Shown here piece by piece: positions 23,583-35,520 of a stretch of DNA of 64,000 bases. The notes below the pieces were generated by a model. That model had not been told where the DNA came from and ran no database searches. It saw only the letters and a list, made by a program, of their open reading frames with translations. The position numbers and the translations under genes are program-made. The DNA comes from Malacoraja senta (lineage: Eukaryota). The stretch covers positions 8,000,001 to 8,064,000 of the forward strand of contig CM075989.1 of assembly GCA_038087875.1 (NCBI GenBank), read 5' to 3'. The first letter of the stretch is position 1. The number at the start of each line of letters is the position of its first letter.

Positions 23583-26421
23583 GTAGTAGAGCTAATAGGA
23601 CTTGATGTTTCAATCCCTATAGTAAGTCGGCACTCTTGCTATTTGCAGTGGGATTGGAGTGGTGAAAGGTAGGGTAGGTATGTCATGGGCGTCATCAGGT
23701 GGGCACCCTCCTTCTTTGACGTTTCATTGATAAGCCCACAACATCTCCAGAGGGCTCAACGGTGATACCTGGCGTCCCAGTTACACTCCCTTCAATTCCA
23801 TACCCTCCTGTCTTCATCTTACAGCCCAATTGTTGTCTCTCCTTTTGATCCAAATCCAATTGCTGCTTTTTTCTGCAGAATTTGAAAATGATTTGATTGC
23901 TTGTTGGAGGGAGCGACACCTCACCCCCATTTTCTTTAATAGCCTGGTCATAGATGTAGCCACGAATCCCCTGCATCCCACTTCGACAGGGAAAATCTTG
24001 GTCTTCCAACCATTCTGGGAAGCTTCAGTTGCCAGTTCAGAGTACTTGGTCTTTTTCCTCTCATAAGCTTCTTCAACACCATCTTCCCATGGAACTGTCA
24101 ATTCCACAACGTATGCCAACTTGGCTGTTGTGGACCACAGGACCATGTCTGGCCGGAGTGTTGTAGCCACAATGTCTGGAGGAAACACAAGCCTTTTTTC
24201 TAAGTCCACTTCCATTTTCCAATCCCGAGCAGGCTGCAGAATGCTTGCATCCATTGATGTTATCTGGTGTTCTGTAGGTTGGCCTGCTGGTACAAATGTT
24301 GTGAAGTGGACATTTCCTGCCAATGTTGGTGGGGAAGCATTTGTGATCATTCCCCTCTGTTCCAGGATTGATGCCAGCTGTCTGAGAACTTGATTATGCC
24401 GCCAAGTGTAACGCCCTTGGCCGAGGCTCATAGTGCATCCTGTTAAAATGTGCCTTAGTGATGCAGGTGCTTGACAAAGGGAGCAAGCGGGGTCTTCTCT
24501 GAACCACTGCTTCAGGTTCTGGGGTGATGGTAGAACATCAGAAGTGGCTCTGATGACAAAACTTAGCCGAGATCCTTCCATTTGCCAGATGTCACGCCAG
24601 CTGAGTTTCCTCTTTTCCAGGCTCTCCCAGTTAGTCCATTGGCCCTGCTTGGCCATTGAGACAGCCTTGGCGTGTCGCTCTGCCTCCTCCCGTCTTCTCA
24701 CCTCCTCCACCACGAGCCGTCTCTTCTGCACTGATGTTGCCTTGTGCCATTGAGGAGCCCAGCTCTCCTGTGTTGGACTTGGCCAACCACATCCCGGAAA
24801 TGAAGAGCAGACTTAGCACTCTGAATGGCTTCAGATGGGGTCCACTTCCTCCCCGTTGCCACACTGGGGGCCGCTGTTCGAATGACAGTATCTTCAGATT
24901 CAGTGAGGGTCATGACCAACCTTGCTTTAGTGCATTTGAACTCTTCCACAAGTCCTGCAATGGGCAATTCCAATTTGCCACTCCCGTACAGTCCGACAGC
25001 ACTTAGGCATCGTGGAAGTCCAAGCCACTGTTTCACATGTGTGCTGAGCATTCTTTCCAGCTTTTCCACTTTGTTGATGGGGATTTCATACACAGTTAAA
25101 GGCCACATGATTCTTGGCAGTATGCCAAATTGGAAGCACCACAGCTTGAGTTTTCCTGGTAGCAAGGTCTTGTTGATGCGAGCTATGTGCATGATGGTAT
25201 CCTTTTTTCAGTTGTTCAAACTGCTCGGTGTCCTTGAGCTTTGCATCATACCATCGGCCCAAACTCTTCACTTGCATTTCTGAAACAGTTGGAACCGGTA
25301 TTCCGTCAAGATGAAATCTTTGATCCTTGACTTGACCTTTGACAATGGAGATGCTTCTGCACTTGCTGGGTTTAATCTTCATCCTTGCCCATGTGATGTT
25401 TTGATGAAGTTTTTCCAGAAGTCTCTTGGTGCAGGGGATAGCTGTTGTTAGTGTTGTTATATCGTCCATATAGGCTCGTATAGGTGGCAATCGCTGACCA
25501 CACTGTAGCCATTTTCCTCCCACAACCCATTTTGATGCTCTGATAATGAGCTCCATTGCCATAGTGAAGGTCAATGGGGAGATGGTGCACCCCGCCATGA
25601 TGCCTACTTCCAGTGGTTGCCACACTGTGGTAAAGTCTGATGGTGTGAGACAAAATTTCAGATCCTGGAAGTCGTTTTTTACCAGATTTGTTATTATTGC
25701 AGGCACCTGAAAGAATTCAAAAGCATTCCACAGTAGCGAATGAGGAACTGATCCATAGGCATTGGCCAGATCGAGGAACAAGACATGCAGATTCTTTCGT
25801 TCTTTCTTAGCAGTCTGGATTTGATGCCATATGATGCTGGTATGTTCAAGGCATCCCGAGAAGCCTGTTATGCCAGCCTTTTGGATTGACGTATCAATGA
25901 AATGGTTTTGTTTCAGATACTTTGTAAGTCTTTTCGCCACCACACTGAAAAAGATCTTGCCCTCTATATTAAGGTTTATTTGCCGAAACTGTTCGATGGT
26001 GGAAGATTTTTTTTCTTTTGGGATCAGCACTCTCCCCGCTCTTCGCCAGACTTTGGGGATGACTTCCTTTTCCCATGCAACCCTCATGTTCCTCCAGAGG
26101 AATTTCAGAATATTTAGGGCATTCTTGTAGACACAATACGGAACACCATCAGGGCCTGGTGCAGAGGCCGTTCTTGCCTTCCTCACTACTTCTTTTACCT
26201 CACTCAGCTTGGGAGGGCTGATGTCAAATTGATGTTGTGGGGGTGAGATTGGTGGGATGTCAGCGGTTCATCTTTTAACTCATCAGTGTGGATGGTTCTG
26301 ATGTGTCCTTCAACCTCCTTTTTTGATGGTTTTTTCTTTTGTGAAAATGCCTTTCACAAACTTAAAGGGATCTTTGTAGAAGTCTGTTCTTGCTTTTTCC
26401 TTCTTATTGCGAACAGTAAGA
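23583..26421 (-). mobile_element. 5'-truncated, frameshifted HERO-clade (R2-group, REL endonuclease) non-LTR retrotransposon
   Basis: ORF pieces 25086-26186 (RT with YMDD), 24698-25192 and 23814-24731 (CSLC..HILTGC knuckle, RHNQVL, RPDMVL..ELTVPWE..KKTKY). Flanked by AACTA on both sides; the empty site is visible in repeat copy C. Confidence 0.8.
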
Positions 26422-26828
26422 AACTATCCATTTCTTATTATGAAATATGCTCAGTTTCCATTTCCTAACATATTTTCAGTATCCATTTGATATCACGTGT
26501 TCACTTTCTATTTCCACATACATGTTCAGTTTCTGTTTACCATCCCCAGTGCCTGATATTTTGAGCTTGGTGGCTCAAGAATGCAGTTTGAGATTGAAGG
26601 ATGTGATAACGTCAGTAGAACTTCAGCTCAGTGGAAGCCTGACGTTCTCCATCTCTGGCCAAATTCAAATAGTTTACAGTTCATCTTTTGCTATAGGCAC
26701 TATTTTATTTCCACTGGATTGAAAAGTCAGATAATGATCGATCCACACCACCAATTTCAGGAACAGCTACTATCAGGTTCTTGAACTGACATGCACAACC
26801 CTGATCCTACCTCAGCAATGGAACGCTA

Positions 26829-27128
26829 AGGGCGGCACGATGGCGCAGAGTTAGAGTCGCTGCCTTACAGCGCCAGAGACCTGGGGTCGATCCTGACTAC
26901 TGGTGCTGTCTGTACAGAGTTTGTACGTTCTCCCCGTGACCTGCGTAGGTTTTTTCCGGGATCTCCGGTTTCTTCCCACACTCCAAAGATGTACAGATTT
27001 GTTGGCTAATTGGTTTGGTATCATTGTAAATTGTCCCTACTGTGTGTAGGATAGCATGATTTCTGGTCGGCACAGACTTGGTGGGCCAAAGGGCCTGTTT
27101 CTAGGCTGTATCTCTAAAAACTAAAATC
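26829..27128 (+). mobile_element. HE1-like V-SINE
   Basis: Full head, V-domain and tail. Confidence 0.8.
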
Positions 27129-27348
27129 TAATAACATTTGCTGGATTAAAGCCAGCACTCGATGGGTTTCCAATGGCAAATTGCTAACTGTAGCGATAAC
27201 CTATTGCAATTGTGCAATGAAGGGTTATTCCACATTAATGACCCCTCCTCATTAGCCCTCATTATTGTATTCTACTTAAACCCGATATCATTTCAAAGTA
27301 TGTCATGCGCCTCACTTGAACCAAACTGAAACTTTTGCATCCACTCGC

Positions 27349-27448
27349 TATCAGTCTGAAGAAGGGTTTCGGCCCGAAACGTTACCTATTTCCTTCGCTC
27401 CATAGATGCTGCTGCACCCGCTGAGTTTCTCCAGCATTTTTGTGTACC
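27349..27448 (+). ncRNA. Minimal type-I hammerhead ribozyme motif within a short Penelope-derived insertion
   Basis: CTGAAGA-A-GGGT(TTCG)GCCC-GAAA-CGT-T: catalytic core, stem II with UUCG loop, palindromic ACGT helix III. Confidence 0.6.
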
Positions 27449-28500
27449 TTCCACATTATTTGCTGGGCTAATTAATGACCCCTCCTCATTAGCCCTCATT
27501 ATTGTATTCTACTTAAACCCGATATCATTTCAAAGTATGTCATGCGCCTCACTTGAACCAAACTGAAACTTTTGCATCCACTCGCCACACACCAGGGGCG
27601 ATGTACAAATGGCATTTAACCTACAGACCCGCACGTCTTTGGGATGTGGGAGAAAACCAGAGCACCTGGAGAAAACCCATGCAGTGACAGGGAGAATGTG
27701 CAAACTCCATACAGACAGCAGCCGTGGTCAGGATCGAACCTGGGTCTCTGGTGCTGCGAGGCTCTACCAGCTGCACCTCTGTGCGGCCCTCACAATTTCC
27801 AGCTGTCAACCCTTAAACACTTCATCAGGTGGAGAGTAAATACTGGCAATGACGACAACAACAGCATCCACATTTGGTAAACCAAAGATAATTGTCTCGT
27901 TTAACCTTCCGTGCTCTACCATTTGCACTTTATTAAAGTTCTTTCTTTTTGCACCTTTCATTAAGCTGAAATGTGCCTGGGTCACTGACTATTAACTACC
28001 CATTTCTTATTATGAAATATGCTCAGTTCCATTTCCTAACATATTTTCAGTATCCATTTGCTATCACGTGTTCACTATCTATTTCCACATGCATGTTCAG
28101 TTTCTGTTTACCATCCCCAGTGCCTGATATTTTGAGCTTGGTGGCTCAAGAATGCAGTTTGAGATTGAAGGGTGTGATAACGTCAGTGGAACTTCAGCTC
28201 AGTGGAAGCCAAAAGCTGACGTTCTGCATCTTTGGCCAAATATAAATAGTTTACAGTTCATTATTTGCTTTTTGCACTGTTTTATTGTATTGAAAGGGCA
28301 CACACTGATCTACTAACATTCGCTGGATTAAAACCAGCTCACAGTGCGTTTCAATGGCAAATTGCCAACTGTGGTGATGACCTACCGGATATGCAATTGT
28401 GCAATGAAGGGTTATTCCATATTATTTGCTTGGCCAATTAATGACCCTCCAATTTGGCTTTCGTTATTCTATTCTCCTTAAACACAATATCATTCAAAGT

Positions 28501-28775
28501 ATGGCGGCATAGTGGCGCAGTCGATCTCGACCACGGGTGCTGTCTGTAAAGTGTTTGTCCCTGTAAGACATTCTCCCTATCACCATGTGGGCTTTCTCCA
28601 GGTGCTCCATTTCCCTCGCACACTCCAAAGATGTACAGGTTGTAGGTTAATTTGCTTCGGTAAAATTGTAAATTGTCCCTAGTGTGTAGGATAATGCTAG
28701 TGTACAGGGTGATCGCTGGTCAGTGGGGACTTGCTGGGCCGAAGGGCCTGTTTCCGCGCTGTATCTCTAGAGTCA
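28501..28775 (+). mobile_element. HE1-like V-SINE with head deletion
   Basis: V-domain and tail present. Confidence 0.7.
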
Positions 28776-29468
28776 AGCAACTCACTTAAAACAAAATGTG
28801 TACACTCTAAAATGTGTTTGATGATCTTTACCGACATTGGGTTAATCAATACTTAAATATTTTAACGCCAACTATGGTAAAACACAATAAAATCGCAGTG
28901 CTGAAATATAAATTAAAATATACTCAGATCAAATTATAAAACTTTATCAGCATACTAAACAATTACATTTTGAATTTGGTGACAAACCGCAAAAACTATT
29001 AGCACATCAGCTTCGAAAGATGGACGGGGGAAAACCAATTCATAAAATTAGATCAGATATGGGAGAACTATTAACACAGCCCAAGGATATCAATGAGAGA
29101 TTTTTGCAATATTATCAAAATCTTTACTCAGCCAAAACGACGGAATACTCGACAGGAATGGAAGCATTTTTACAGAAATGTAATCTTAAAGGTTGAGATT
29201 TGAAAGAGAGAGAATTACTAGCTGAAATAACAGTAAAAGAAATTGAAGAGGCCATTAGGTCTCTAAAAAACAGCAAGGCCGCCGGCCCTGACAGTATAAG
29301 CTCTGGATTTTATTTAAAATTCTATGATCTGATCTCTCCACGTTTACAGACACTGTATGAGTACACTTATACCCAACAGAAATTACCAGAAACGCTAAAC
29401 GAATCTACAATAACACTTATACCAAAAACAGATAAGGACCCTGAAGACCCAGGTTCATATAGCGCTAT

Positions 29469-29556
29469 GGTACACAAAAATGCTGGAGAAACTCAGCGGG
29501 TGCAGCAGCATCTATGGAGTGAAGGAAATAGGTAACGTTTCGGGCCGAAACCCTTC
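29469..29556 (-). mobile_element. 88-bp Penelope-derived hammerhead-motif insertion in L1 ORF2
   Basis: 15-bp TSD ttcatatag(c/a)gctat at 29454-29468 and 29557-29571; near-identical to 27349-27448. Confidence 0.8.
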
Positions 29557-31714
29557 TTCATATAGAGCTATAGCTCTCTTAAATACGGATCAGAAAATAT
29601 TAACTAAAATCCTAGCACAAAGATTAAGTACAGTGATTAATAAATTAATAAACCCTGACCAAACAGGATTTATTCCAAAACGTTACGCATCTTATAACCT
29701 GAGACGATTATTTAATATCATATACTCAAAACGAATTACTAACGCAGACTTAGCAATTATTTCATTAGATGCTGAGAAAGCATTTGATCAGGTGGAATGG
29801 CCCTATTTATTTTCGGTGATGGAAAAATTTCAACTGGGCGAGAAGTTTTGCACATGGGTAAAACTTTTATATACTAACCCTACAGCTAGAATATTAACAA
29901 ACCAAATGTTATCAACTAAATTTAACTTACCTAGAGGTTGTAGACAAGGATGCCAGTTATCCCCGTTATTATTCGCACTCGCTATTGAGCCACTAGCAGA
30001 AAGTGTTAGGGCCCATCCAGAAATATACGGATATAATACTAAAGACACTGAGAATAAAATATCTTTATATGCAGACGATGTTTTAATTTACATTACAAAA
30101 CCTGAAATTAGTATTCCAAATCTATTAAATTTAATAACTCAATTCAGTTTGTTCTCGGGATAGAGAATTAATTGGAATAAAAGCAAAATTATGCCAATAA
30201 TGGAAATCAATCAACATATATTACAACAATTCCCCTTTAAAATAGTTAATGAAAAATTTAAATATCTAGGAATCTACGTAACTAAGACATATACTTCTTT
30301 ATTTAAATAAAATTTCCCTCCATTACTGAATAAATTACATAAGAATATTCAGTATTGGAAAACACTCCCTATCTCAATGTTTGGTAGAATTAATGCTATA
30401 AAAATGATTTTTCTACCGCAACTATTGTACCTTTTTCAATCAATTCCGATATATCTTCCAATTTTTTTTTTTAAAGGTGGAATCCATCATCACTAACTTT
30501 ATTTGGGATTATAAGAATCACAGAATAAGTAAAAAACATTTATGTAAATCAAAGATCAAGGGAGGTTTAGCTTTACCGAATTTTGTGCTCTATTTCTGGG
30601 CAGTTAACATTAAAAATATGAACTTTTGGTTGGAAGAAATGGACCAGCAACCAGACTGGTTAAAGATGGAAAAGGAAGACTGTTTACCTTTTGAAATTGG
30701 CTCGATTTTGTTTGCTCCTACAAAATTGAACAACAAAACCTATAGTGAAAACCCTATAATACACAGTGGTATACGAATTTGGAAGCAATTAAAAAAGACT
30801 CTAAAATTGGATAATTTATCACTCTCTCTCCCCATTGTAAACAACCCTACATTTAAACCCTCAATGTTGGACAAAGGTTTTTCACAATGGAAAAACCAAG
30901 GAATTAAGAAGATGGGTCATCTATATAGGAAAGGTACCTTTCTTTCATTTCAGGAGTTACAACAAACTTATGGACTCCACTCAAATGACTATTTCAGATA
31001 TCTACAACTTAGAGATTATGTTAAATCAAATACACAAGACTACAGAACTAGAGACTCAGAAATTCTTGATGAATGTTTGAATAATCCTAATACAGATAAA
31101 TTAATATCTTATATCTATAATATCCTACTAGATAGTGAGGCACCACCTACGGAATTATATAGGCAAACCTGGGAAAATGAACTAGGCCAACCGATAATGA
31201 AAGATATTTGGGACAAAAGTTTACAACATATACATCAATGCTCGTTAAATGCCAGACACTCTTTAATACAATTTAAAGTATTACATAGGTTACATTACTC
31301 AAAAACTAAATTAAATAGAATCTTCCCACATATCTCCTACTTGTGAAAAATGTCAGCATTTAGAGGCTAATTTAACTCACACATTTGTAAATTGTATAAA
31401 AATTAAAAATTTGGACGGAAATTTTAAAAATAATTCCGTAAGTTGTCAACACCCAATTGGATCCCGACTCAAAACTAATAATATTAGGAATATCAGAACA
31501 AAGCCTAACACTTATTACAAGCCAAATAAACTTTCTCGACTATAGTATAATAACTGGGAAAAAATTAATATTAAAATTTTGGAAAGGCCCTATAACCCCC
31601 ACAATTAAAATGTGGATTATGGAAATGTCGGAGACCTTACATTTGGAAAGAATTAGACGTCTTAATGGACAAACAAGAACTTTTTGTCAGAATATGGTCT
31701 CCATTTATTGACTA

Positions 31715-32162
31715 CTAGACCAAGTGCACGGGTCTGGTCCCCGAAAGTGCTTGACACCCCGGGGTGTTGTTCCCGAACGTGCTTCAGACCCCTGGGTGAA
31801 AATCGTGGAAAAAAAGATGGCGTCGTTTTCCGAGAAAATCGGCGAAAAAAAGATGGCGTCGTTTTCGCAGAAAATCGGAGACAATCGGAGAAAATCACAT
31901 GGGGGTGGGGGGGGGGATGCATTTTATAAAAAAACGTGTACATAAACAGGACCGAATTTAATCAGGAGTGGCTATTCGTAAAGATAAATGTCATCTCTTT
32001 GGAAATGGTAAAAAATATGGGCCTTTCCACGCGCTGTGTGGGCCAGGGGCGGTATCAAAGGCGGCGTACGGGCGTACGGACGTACAGACGTACAGACGTA
32101 CAGACGTACAGACGGACGACAGCCAGAGAGTTTTAAAAGTATATAGAAGATAGATAGATAGA
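31715..32162 (-). mobile_element. Non-autonomous Helitron
   Basis: Minus strand starts TC(TATC)n, ends ...GGTCTAG with a short hairpin, and carries a (cgtacaga)n microsatellite. Inserted at A|T without TSD; removing it restores the L1 frame ...PFIDYLKG*. Confidence 0.8.
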
Positions 32163-32957
32163 TTTGAAGGGGTAGAATGGTTCGGCACGGAAAACTGACT
32201 GAAGCTCGAGCTCAGGATTAGATGAAAAGTTATACTTAATAATCTTCAAACCTATCTCCAATGTTGTAGTATTAGTAAATTATTCCATTATTTTTTTTAC
32301 CATGCTTTTTTTTCTTTCTCTTTATTATTTTCTATCTATATATATATAAAAAATAATAATAATAGAAGCAGAGTTATTAAATAATTGATAATATTTGCAA
32401 TGTATGATTGATATACATGAAATGTTTTTATTATGTACTTGCTTCTAATAAAAAAATCATTAAAAAAAAATATATATATATTTTAAATCCCATCCTTTTT
32501 CCCCCCAAATATTTTTCATTGGCATTCTTCCCCATCTCTCTAATCTTCTCCAGTCTGTAAATCTCTGTACTCAGATTCTAGTCTCTTGATCAGCCGAGAA
32601 TGTAATAATTCCATGACTTGCAGCTTGGCTCTCGCTCAACCAGAGGTCAGGAATTCCCCTCCCTTCCTGAAAAATCTCATGGATCAGTCAATGTTTGTAC
32701 TTTTAAAACAAAACCTAAAAAGCTTGTTAAACAACTTATGATGTTACAGACACAAAAAAAAAGAAACTGGAACAGAAACTGCTAGTTTACACAAAAGGAC
32801 ACAAAGTGCTAGAGTAAGTCAGTGGGTCAGGCGGCATCTCAGAAGAAGATGGATAAGTGACGTTTCCGGTCAGGACCCTTCTTCAGACTGATTGTGGGGG
32901 TGGGGGAAAAGAAAGCCGGAAGAGAGGACATGACAAAGTGTGGTAGGTAATAGCAGG

Positions 32958-34433
32958 TAGATACAAAATGCTGGAGTAACTCAGCGGGACAGGCAGCATC
33001 ACTGGAGAGAAGGAATGGGTGACGTTTCAGGTCGAGACCCTTCTTCAGACTGATGTCGGGGGAGTGGGCGGGACGAAGATAGAATGTAGTTGGACAGTAA
33101 AGGGCCTGTCCCACTTGGCCGTCATTTGCGCCTCATTTACGCGTTATATGTAAATTAGGTCGACGCGTCGTGACGTGTGGGGTGCGCATGGTGAGCCGTG
33201 GAATCGTATGCGGTGGCGCGGCGCTCCAGGATTTAGTACAGGAACAAAATCCTTGTGCGGCACCTGCGTGATGTATCGCGTACGCATGCTGGCGCATTGG
33301 CGTCGTTTGCTGGCGTCCCGGCGTCTCACTTGTATCGCGTGGTGACGCATGGTTACGTCACCGTGCGTCTACGTCCTTGCGTCAACGTCCTGCCGAGCAC
33401 CGCAGGGTATTCTAATGACGTCACGTGCACCAGACGGCGGTGCTGACGCGTGATTTGCGCGCGACGTCGCGCATCACGATGCGTCGACCTATTTTACATA
33501 TGACGCGTAAATGAGGCGCAAATGACGGCCAAGTGGGACAGGCCCTTTAGACTGGTGGGATGAACTGGGGAGGGGATGGAGAGAGAGGGAAAGCAAGGGC
33601 TATTTGAAGTTAGAGAAGTCAATGTTCATACCGCTGGGTGTAAACTACCCGTGAAATATGAGGTGCTGTTCCTCCAATTTGCGCTGGGCCTCACTCTGAC
33701 AATGGAGGAGCCCAGGACAGAAAGGTCAGATTGGGAATGGGAGGGGGAGTTAACGTGCTGAGCAACCGTTAGATCAGGTAAGTTAACACGGACTGAGCGG
33801 AGGTGTCAGCGAACGATCGCCGAGCCTGCGCTTGGTCACGCCGATGTAGAGAAGTTGACACCTGGAACAGCGGATACAGTAGATGAGATTGGAGGAGGTG
33901 CAAGTGAACCTCTGCCTCACCTGGAAAGACTGTTTGGGTCCTTGGATGGAGTCAAGGGAGGAGGTAAAGGGACAGGTGTTGCATCTCCTGCGGTTGCAGG
34001 GGAAAGTACATGGAGAGGGGGTGGTTTGGGTGGGGACAAGTTGACCAGGGAGTTTCGGAGGGAACGGTCACTGCGGAAAGCAGAAAGGGGCGGAGATGGG
34101 AAGATGTGGCGAGTAGTGGGATCACGTTGGAGATGGCGAAAATGTTGGAGGATTATATGCTGTATTCGACGGCTGATGGGGTGGAAGATGGGGACTGTCC
34201 TTGTTACAAATGGGGGGTGGGGGAGCAAGGGCGGAGCTGCGGGATATCGAGGAGACCCTAGTGAGAGCCTTATCTATAATGGAAGAGAGGAACTCCCGTT
34301 TCCTAAAGAATGAGGAAATCTCCAATGCTCTGGTATGGAAAACCTCATCCTGGGTGCAGATGCGCCGTAGACGGAGGAATTGGGAGTAGGGGATAGAGTA
34401 TTTACAGGCAGCAGGGTGGGAAGAAGTGTAGTC
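32958..34433 (-). mobile_element. 5'-truncated Penelope-like element (RT C-terminus, GIY-YIG endonuclease, pLTR with hammerhead motif)
   Basis: Minus-strand FTCTSSNLIYCIRCSRCQLLYIGVTKRRL (GIY-YIG) at ~33800-33910. ORF 33917-34228 gives HFRHLQRDPTTRHIFPSPPLSAFR. 14-bp TSD taggtaatagcagg at 32944-32957 and 34434-34447. Confidence 0.85.
33101..33546. mobile_element. PIF/Harbinger-like MITE nested in the Penelope remnant
   Basis: Long TIRs agggcctgtcccacttggccgtcatttgcgcctcatttacgcg... with TAA/TTA flanks. Confidence 0.75.
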
Positions 34434-34978
34434 TAGGTAATAGCAGGCAGTGATGGAAATGGGTTTTAGGAACTAGGGGTGCGCTAAGGCCCGTGAGGCT
34501 GAGGTTGGGAAGGAAGGGGGGGATTTATGTGCGGTCATACCCATGTATGAGTACAAGAATGCATAACTTGTTTATTGTGTATTTGTAATACAGTTTATTG
34601 TGTGTTATATGTCATAGCTGCTTTCTTGCATCTCTCTCTCTGTGTTGGCTGCAGCCATCGTCTGCTTCGGTGAGGGAAGCAGGTCGGTGATTGGTCACAA
34701 CGCCCCTCGGAGACTGTGTCTGATAGGCCGCCGAGTGACCAGCGCATTATGTGATTGGACACAATGCCCTTGGAGACAGCGGCTGATTGGACGGGAGGAG
34801 ACCGATTTGTTGATTGGACGGGAATTTTAAGGGAAGCTGGTCGGTGATTGCACGCAACCCCCTTAGAGACAGCGGTTGATTGGCCGCCAAATAATCGGGC
34901 ACAAAAAATTGACAAATAAGAAAACAATAAAATCGGAATTCCGATTTAAATCGGAAGAATATCATGCCTGATCTGCAG

Positions 34979-35010
34979 CAAAGATACTAGTATCCACTCT
35001 AGTATCTTTG
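34979..35010. mobile_element. 32-bp TIR-only DNA transposon remnant with 8-bp TSD
   Basis: ATCTGCAG|CAAAGATACTAG-tatccact-CTAGTATCTTTG|ATCTGCAG. Confidence 0.65.
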
Positions 35011-35520
35011 ATCTGCAGTTCCTCCCTATTGAATAAGAACCCTGGCCCGAAACAACTCCTAATCCATTCCCTCCACAGATGCCGCCTAGCCCGCTGAGTT
35101 CCTCCAGCACTCTGTTTTTAATTTAACTCTGAAATTGAAGATAGACATAAAGCTGGAGTAACTCAGTGGGACAGGCAGCGACTCTGGAGAGAAGACCCTT
35201 CTTGAGACTGAACTGAGCTCTCGTCGGTGAGAATACTTGCGATTGTCTGAAGAAGGGTCTCAACCCAAAACGCCACCAACTCCCCAGAGCCGCTGCCCGT
35301 TGCGCTGAGCCACCCCAGCCCCCCGTGTCCACCTTCAACTCCAGAGCCAAACAAAAAGCACAGAGAGCTGGAGGAACTCAGCGGGCCAGACGGCACCAGC
35401 GGAGGGAACGGATCAGGAACCGCCACGGCCCAGGGGTCCCCCCCCCCAACAGGAATGAACCTCAGATGCAGCCGTCCCCACAAAACACCAAATGATTCCA
35501 GGAATGCCGAGGCAAGACGG

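Larger units (their letters stand above)
22498..28800. repeat. Tandem triplication of a SINE + unique-sequence + ISRE unit (A ~22498-23157; B ~23158-27570 with insertions; C ~27571-28800)
   Basis: Shared unique strings such as catccacatttggtaa, gggtcactgactattaac and gcaattgtgcaatg recur in the same order three times. Confidence 0.85.
28860..32475 (+). mobile_element. Decayed 5'-truncated L1/Tx1-clade LINE (ORF2 RT and C-terminus, 3'UTR, A-rich tail)
   Basis: YRAIALLNTDQKIL, SLDAEKAFD, GCRQGCQLSP, LYADD, GGLALPN and QFKVLHR motifs in frameshifted pieces. AATAAA and A-rich end near 32447-32470. Confidence 0.85.
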
